Of a stretch of DNA of 64,000 nucleotides, positions 58,730-64,000 are shown piece by piece. The DNA is from Eledone cirrhosa (taxonomy: Eukaryota). The stretch lies in the NCBI GenBank assembly GCA_964016885.1, contig OZ024741.1, positions 84,878,001-84,942,000 of the forward strand. The letters run 5' to 3'. Position 1 is the stretch's first letter. Each line of letters starts with the position of its first letter. A program made the translations under genes and the position numbers. The notes under the pieces were generated by a model. It was not told the origin of the DNA. It saw nothing but the letters and a program-made list of their open reading frames with translations, and made no database searches.

Positions 58730-59240
58730 CCTTGTTATTCTTTTCTACGACAATAATCTCAGGCTTTCTAGCCACGACAAAATGGTCACACTGGATGGTC
58801 ATGTCCCAGAAGATGTTATATTGTTCATTTTCAGTAACCTTTCCGCTTGGTGCTCATACCATTTCTCACTTCTGCTCATGTCATACTTATGACAGAGCTT
58901 CCAATGAACCAATCTGGCAATGTTGTCGTGCCTTCTCTTGTAGTCTTTCTCAGCAAGCATCTTACATTCACTAATAATATGATTTATTGTTTCACCTTTC
59001 TCACCAACAGCCTACTAAGTATGGGATTTACTGACATGTCAATATTGAACTTGATATGGTTCGTTTCCAGTGCCTCTTCCTGGGCTGCAAAAATAAGGGC
59101 TTCAATTTCAACTTTCAAGTTGCTTTTCCTAGTCCATTCCCAGTTCTTATATTTGTCAAATATCTCAAACATTCCACTCGAAGAATTGACCATACATTTT
59201 TTTCTTTCCATCTATTCCCTCATTTTGTCTTTTTTGTTTC
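58730..59240 (-). mobile_element. Decayed R4/Dong-type fragment
   Basis: WEWTRKSNLKVEIEALIFAAQEEAL resembles WLASTGLKSETEGLIISAQDQCL. Confidence 0.65.
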
Positions 59241-59249
59241 AATTCTTAA

Positions 59250-60262
59250 ACGGGGAATAGGTGTGGTCACCCTTTGTGAGACAGCTTTTTCCGCAGCTCG
59301 TCTCTTCGACTGAGCTACAGTCCCGTGTCAAGACGAGACCATGAGTGAGTGCCTGGCATCTGTAATGTTGCCAGGCGCTCAGTGCCCTCTACCAGACGAG
59401 CCATGCTGTCAGTGAAAATTCTACTCTAGTATTCTATTGAGGATTAGTGGTGGGCAATTGCGACGATTCACGCGGAAAGAATCTGGCCGTCGACAAAGTC
59501 GAACTGACCAGTCTGTTCCGGAGGACTTTCAAGCTGTGCACTATGGATAACTTCCAGAAATCCTTCGCTCGACTGTGCTACCGAGGAAACTGCCGGTTCG
59601 AGATCAACTCTACAGGCACGGAAATGCTGTCAGAAATACCCGAGAGGCGTGCAGCGTGACAAAAATGTTCTGCACGCACACGTCTAGTGTCTGTGCATTA
59701 CTGACTTGAGGTGTTATGTCGAACAGCTGTTGTCGCGTGTAAGACGGATCCGGTTATCGACCGAGTCCATGGTGAAGATCGCCCCACCACCTTCTTTTTG
59801 GCCGGGAAGGGCTGGCAGTTTTCCTCTGCCTGGCGGTGGTAAAGAAAGAGATTGTGTGTTGGAACAGGATGAAAGGACTGAAGACAGATACTTTTCTCTT
59901 CGGCCAATCCTTCATCAACGTTTTCAAGTTTCACTTGAAAAGAAAGTTGTGGGTGGATAATTAAGTGCTGCCCACACATTACATTTGCTAAATGGTGGGT
60001 GAATGTGGCGAGAATGGCCCGTGTGAATGGGCCTGTAGGCTGGTTAATTTGAGGAGGAAAGGGGTGTCCTCGAAGCGTCGGGTCATTCAGGATTCGTGGG
60101 TTTCATGAGTCACTCTCTGGTTGTTCTCCTCCATATGGGAATTTTCTTGTTAATGGTTTTTGTTAATTGGTTTTTACTCGATTTTATTGTAAACACCGAC
60201 TGTTCCTATCTTTTTGTATTGTCTCGTATATGTAGGTCCTAATGGCCAATGAATAAATTATT
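59250..60262 (+). mobile_element. Decayed L1/Tx1 3' portion
   Basis: DNFQKSFA and YVEQLLSRVRRIRLSTES match ORF 53335-53919. Confidence 0.8.
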
Positions 60263-60284
60263 ATTATTATTATTGTTATTATTG

Positions 60285-60492
60285 TAGTATCGGTAGAGAG
60301 TCGGACACCATGCTTCGTGGCATAGTTAAGATCCTTTACGTTCTGAGTTCAAATCCCGCCGAGGTTAGCTTTGCATTTCATCGTTACGGAGTCGATAAAA
60401 TACAGTACCAGTAATGCACTGGGGTCGATTTAATCGACATTCTCTTCTCCCCAAATTGCTGGCCTTGTGCCTATAGTAGAACACATTATTAT
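60285..60492 (+). mobile_element. SINE
   Basis: B box, core and tail. Confidence 0.85.
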
Positions 60493-60499
60493 TTTTATT

Positions 60500-63480
60500 A
60501 TAGTTTTTATTTTCTTTAATTATTGTTTCTGAGATATATGCCGAGTGTCTTCCTGACACCTAGGGCAAATAAATTCACAGCACATTGATTATAATTTTAA
60601 AAAAAACAGTATCCATATATACACATATGCATATACATATGTAAATACAAGGAGGGATAATAATCTTACAGAAATAGTGCTCTTCTCAATACGTGTGCAG
60701 TACCAGTCAAAACAATGTTTTGCACCTCGTGCAGAGAGGATAAACCAGGAATCATTCGCAAATATTGTTCTGTTCCTTTCTTGATCATTCCCAGTCCTCC
60801 CACAATCACTGGTATTGTAACGGCCTTGAGGTGCCACATTTTCTCAATTTCAATAAGCAGATCTTTATATTTTCGAAGCTTGTCAAATTCTTTTGCCGCG
60901 ATATTGTGATCACATGGGATGCTCATATCTATCAACAAACAGACCTTGTTATGTTGATCTTTTAAAATGATGTCAGGTCTATTTGCTTTTATGGTTCTGT
61001 CAGTATGTACAGGAAAGTCCCAGAGAATTGTTACTTTTTCTCCTTCAGTTACAGCCTCAGAGCTGTACCACTTGTCATCAGCTTTGATTTTGTAATTCTG
61101 ACATATTTCCCAGTGTAGATATTGGCCAACTCTGTCATGTCTATATTTGTATTCTACTGGTGCTAAAACTTTACATCCGGAGACTAAGTGATCCACTGTT
61201 CCAAACCCAGTATTGCAGAATCGGCACTTTGGGTTTATTCCGTTTCTCATCACATTGGCCTGGTAATTACGAGTCAATAAGCTTTGATCTTGGGCAGTTA
61301 AGATGAAGCCCTCACTCTCCGCCTTTAGCCCTGAACTACGTAGCAACACATGGGTGTGTTTTTGGTCAACATCAGCTTGTTTGCTACGGGCTACATATTT
61401 GCCATGCAGAGGTTTCTGCTCCCAATTTGAAGCTAATTGTCCTTGCCCTTTTGCTTTTGCCAGTGATTTTATGTGCCTAGCACCATCAGTTGCAACAGTT
61501 TCTTTAGTCTGTCCAGCCTGGGTATCAAGCATGAGATCAGTAGCATATTTTGTGATCTCCTTCAAAATAGAATGAAGCTTCTTACTTCTCTCATGCTTTT
61601 CAACAAGTTTCAGCATACAGTCGTTAGTTGTTTCAAAGTATTTGGCCAGTCCAATGATGATGGTCTTGTAAGCAAGTTCAAAGTGGATCAGGCCACGGCC
61701 TCCTTGAGTTCTAGGAAGGTAAAGTCGATCCACATCTGCTTTTGGGTGGTGCATCCTATTACAAGTCAGTAGCTTACGGACTTTGGTGTCGATTCTTTTG
61801 ATTTCACTCATTTTCCAGTTCAACACACCGAAGCTATAAGTGACAACTGGGACTGCCAAGGAATTTATGGCTAGCACCTTGTTACAAGCGTTTAGTTCTG
61901 ATCTCAGAACTGCACATTCTCCTGTAATATTCTTTCCTTATCCTCTCTTTCATACTTGCATGCTGTATACCAGAGCCCTTATTATTCCCTAAGTATTTAT
62001 AGGTTTATTCCTGCTCAAGTTCCTTTATGATTCTTTCAGCATCCGATTCAACTGAGTCTGATTTTACAAGCTTCCCCTTCTTGAAAGTGGCTTTTGCACA
62101 CTTGTCAAGTCCAAACTCCATCCTGATGTCATCGCTAAACGTTTTTACTTTCCGCAAAAGGCCTTCCAGTTCGTCATTATCTTTGCAATAAAGCTTCAAA
62201 TCATCCATATAAAATAGGTGGCTTATTTTTTTGTTGTCAATTCTATAACCGTACACTGTTCTATTAAGCTCGGATGTAAAGTTATGCAGAACAGCAATCG
62301 TGAAAGTGAGTCACCCTAGAATATACCACAGTTGATGTTTATATCCCTAGAGCACAGTACCCCAGTGGAATGAGACAATTGGAGATTTGTGTTCCATAAT
62401 GACATATTGTGTTTCAGGAAGTTTGAGATCACAGGTGAGATTTTGAAAATGTCCAGTGATTTCAGAATCCATGAGTGTGGTATACTGTCAAAGGCTTTTT
62501 TATAATCGATCCATGCAGAACTGAGATTTCTGTGTTTATTATGACAGTTCTCAAGGATCATACGATTAATCAAAAGTTGATCTTTGCAACCATATGAACC
62601 TCGTCGGCACCCTTTTTGTTTAATGGGGAAAAGATTGTTCTCCAAAAACACATATGCTTTTTCCATGAGAATAGATGTTAATAGTTTATAAGTGGTGGAC
62701 AATCAGGTTATGGGCCGATAGTTTTTTGGATCTTTGGTTTCGTTGTTCTTTGGTAGAAGGTAGGTAATGCCACTTGCTATCCAATCAGGTGTATTTTTAG
62801 ATCTTTCATAATTCCATTAAACAGCTTGACCAATATATTGTGAGTGCACGGGAGTGAGGAATGCCAGAAATTTGGCACCCTGTCTCTACCAGATTTCTAT
62901 TTATGAGATTTATTGAGTGATGTCCTTAAGTCAGCTATAGCGATGTTTTCCGACGCCTGTTCTTCTAAATTTGTGTAGGGTTTTTCCAGGCGACTAATCC
63001 AATCTACATTAGCATTATATGTCTTCTCATCACTCCAAATCTTACTCCAGAAGTTTTCAACTTCTTCTATAATTATTTTTCTCTTCCCTACTTCTCTATA
63101 AAATGACTTAGCATTGGATGAGAACAACTTATTTTGCCTGTAGAAGTTGTTTCGCTTCATAAATCTACGAATTCGTTGGGCTTTTACTTGGACTTTTTGT
63201 TTCAGAGATTCTTTTGTTGAAACTATTGATTCTCTAGAAAACAGTCCATATTTTCTCTTTAGCTTTCTTACCTTCTTGGATCTTATATCATTTCCAGCGG
63301 TTAACTCACTCAATAAAGATATTTCTCCTCTCGTTACGTCAATCTCCCTTTCGATTCTACTCCTCCAAATTGGTTTACCTCGAAGGTTCGACTTTATTTG
63401 TTTTGTTTTTTTTGTGGTAAACAACTTGTTTGAATTACTTTAGCAGATGCATAAATGGTTTCATTTAACTCAGTAAGATA
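60500..63480 (-). mobile_element. R4/Dong-type LINE family 2, frameshifted RT + CCHC + restriction-like endonuclease
   Basis: FYMDD, WIDYKKAFDS, CRFC..HLVSGC, RHD, RPDIILKD, LIDMSIP. Confidence 0.9.
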
Positions 63481-63499
63481 TTATTATTATTATTATTAT

Positions 63500-64000
63500 T
63501 GTTCTTTGAGTCTCAGTCATTGATGTTATTTAACTGGAAAGTTTGTTGAAATGAATATCAAGCCGCTGCCTGCAGCCTCAAATGTTCAGGACGTATCGGA
63601 GGGTTCTTGCTGTTCCAAGCAAGCATGCATTTTTGAAGTGTTCCAAAACGCCGGGCTGGACTAATCTTCTTTAACCATCCTTCTATGACAATCGGGACGA
63701 GCTTGACTTCATGGCAGTTCCAAATCCGTTTTAACTCACACTTTAAGTCCTGCTATCATTTAATTTTCTCCCTCACCTTCTCTTTCACTCTCGTCTCGAA
63801 TGGGCAGGCCACATCCACAATCAGACACGATCTTTTTTCCTTGTCCAAAACCATCAGGTCACGTCTATTGTGTTCCAGTTTCTTGTCCGTCTGTATCCTA
63901 AAATCCCACAGCACCTTCACCTGATCGTTTTCTATCACCGACTCTGGCTTAATCTCATACCACTTCTCAGAATGTGGTAAATTGTTTACTTTGCATAGGT
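63500..64000 (-). mobile_element. R4/Dong-type LINE family 3, 3' end (continues beyond the window)
   Basis: LWDFRIQTD..HNRRDL..LIVDVACP; begins at (TAA)n. Confidence 0.85.

Overview
Repeat-saturated, AT-rich eukaryotic DNA with no recognisable host exon. The extreme (TA)n/(CA)n/(GA)n/(TAA)n content and the tRNA-headed SINE suggest a cephalopod (octopus-like) genome; this is an inference. Bases ~1-43.7 kb are (TA)n tracts filled with Penelope-like elements (PLEs). Two are near-complete but disrupted RT + GIY-YIG elements, three are endonuclease-end fragments, and about ten short non-coding families form fold-back palindromes. Folding by eye shows ~30 type I hammerhead ribozyme (HHR) motifs across these elements, including long stem-II forms and U3-A8, U4C and U4A core variants. 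The standout is a near-identical 593-bp tandem array (25632-30547) with one complete HHR per unit and a microhomology-joined inversion, i.e. a retrozyme-like/circRNA-type unit. It appears nested in a ~9.9-kb hAT-like shell. Bases ~44-64 kb hold RTE, L1/Tx1 and R4/Dong-type (restriction-like endonuclease) LINEs and SINEs in (TAA)n tracts. All structure calls are manual; no database search or folding program was run.
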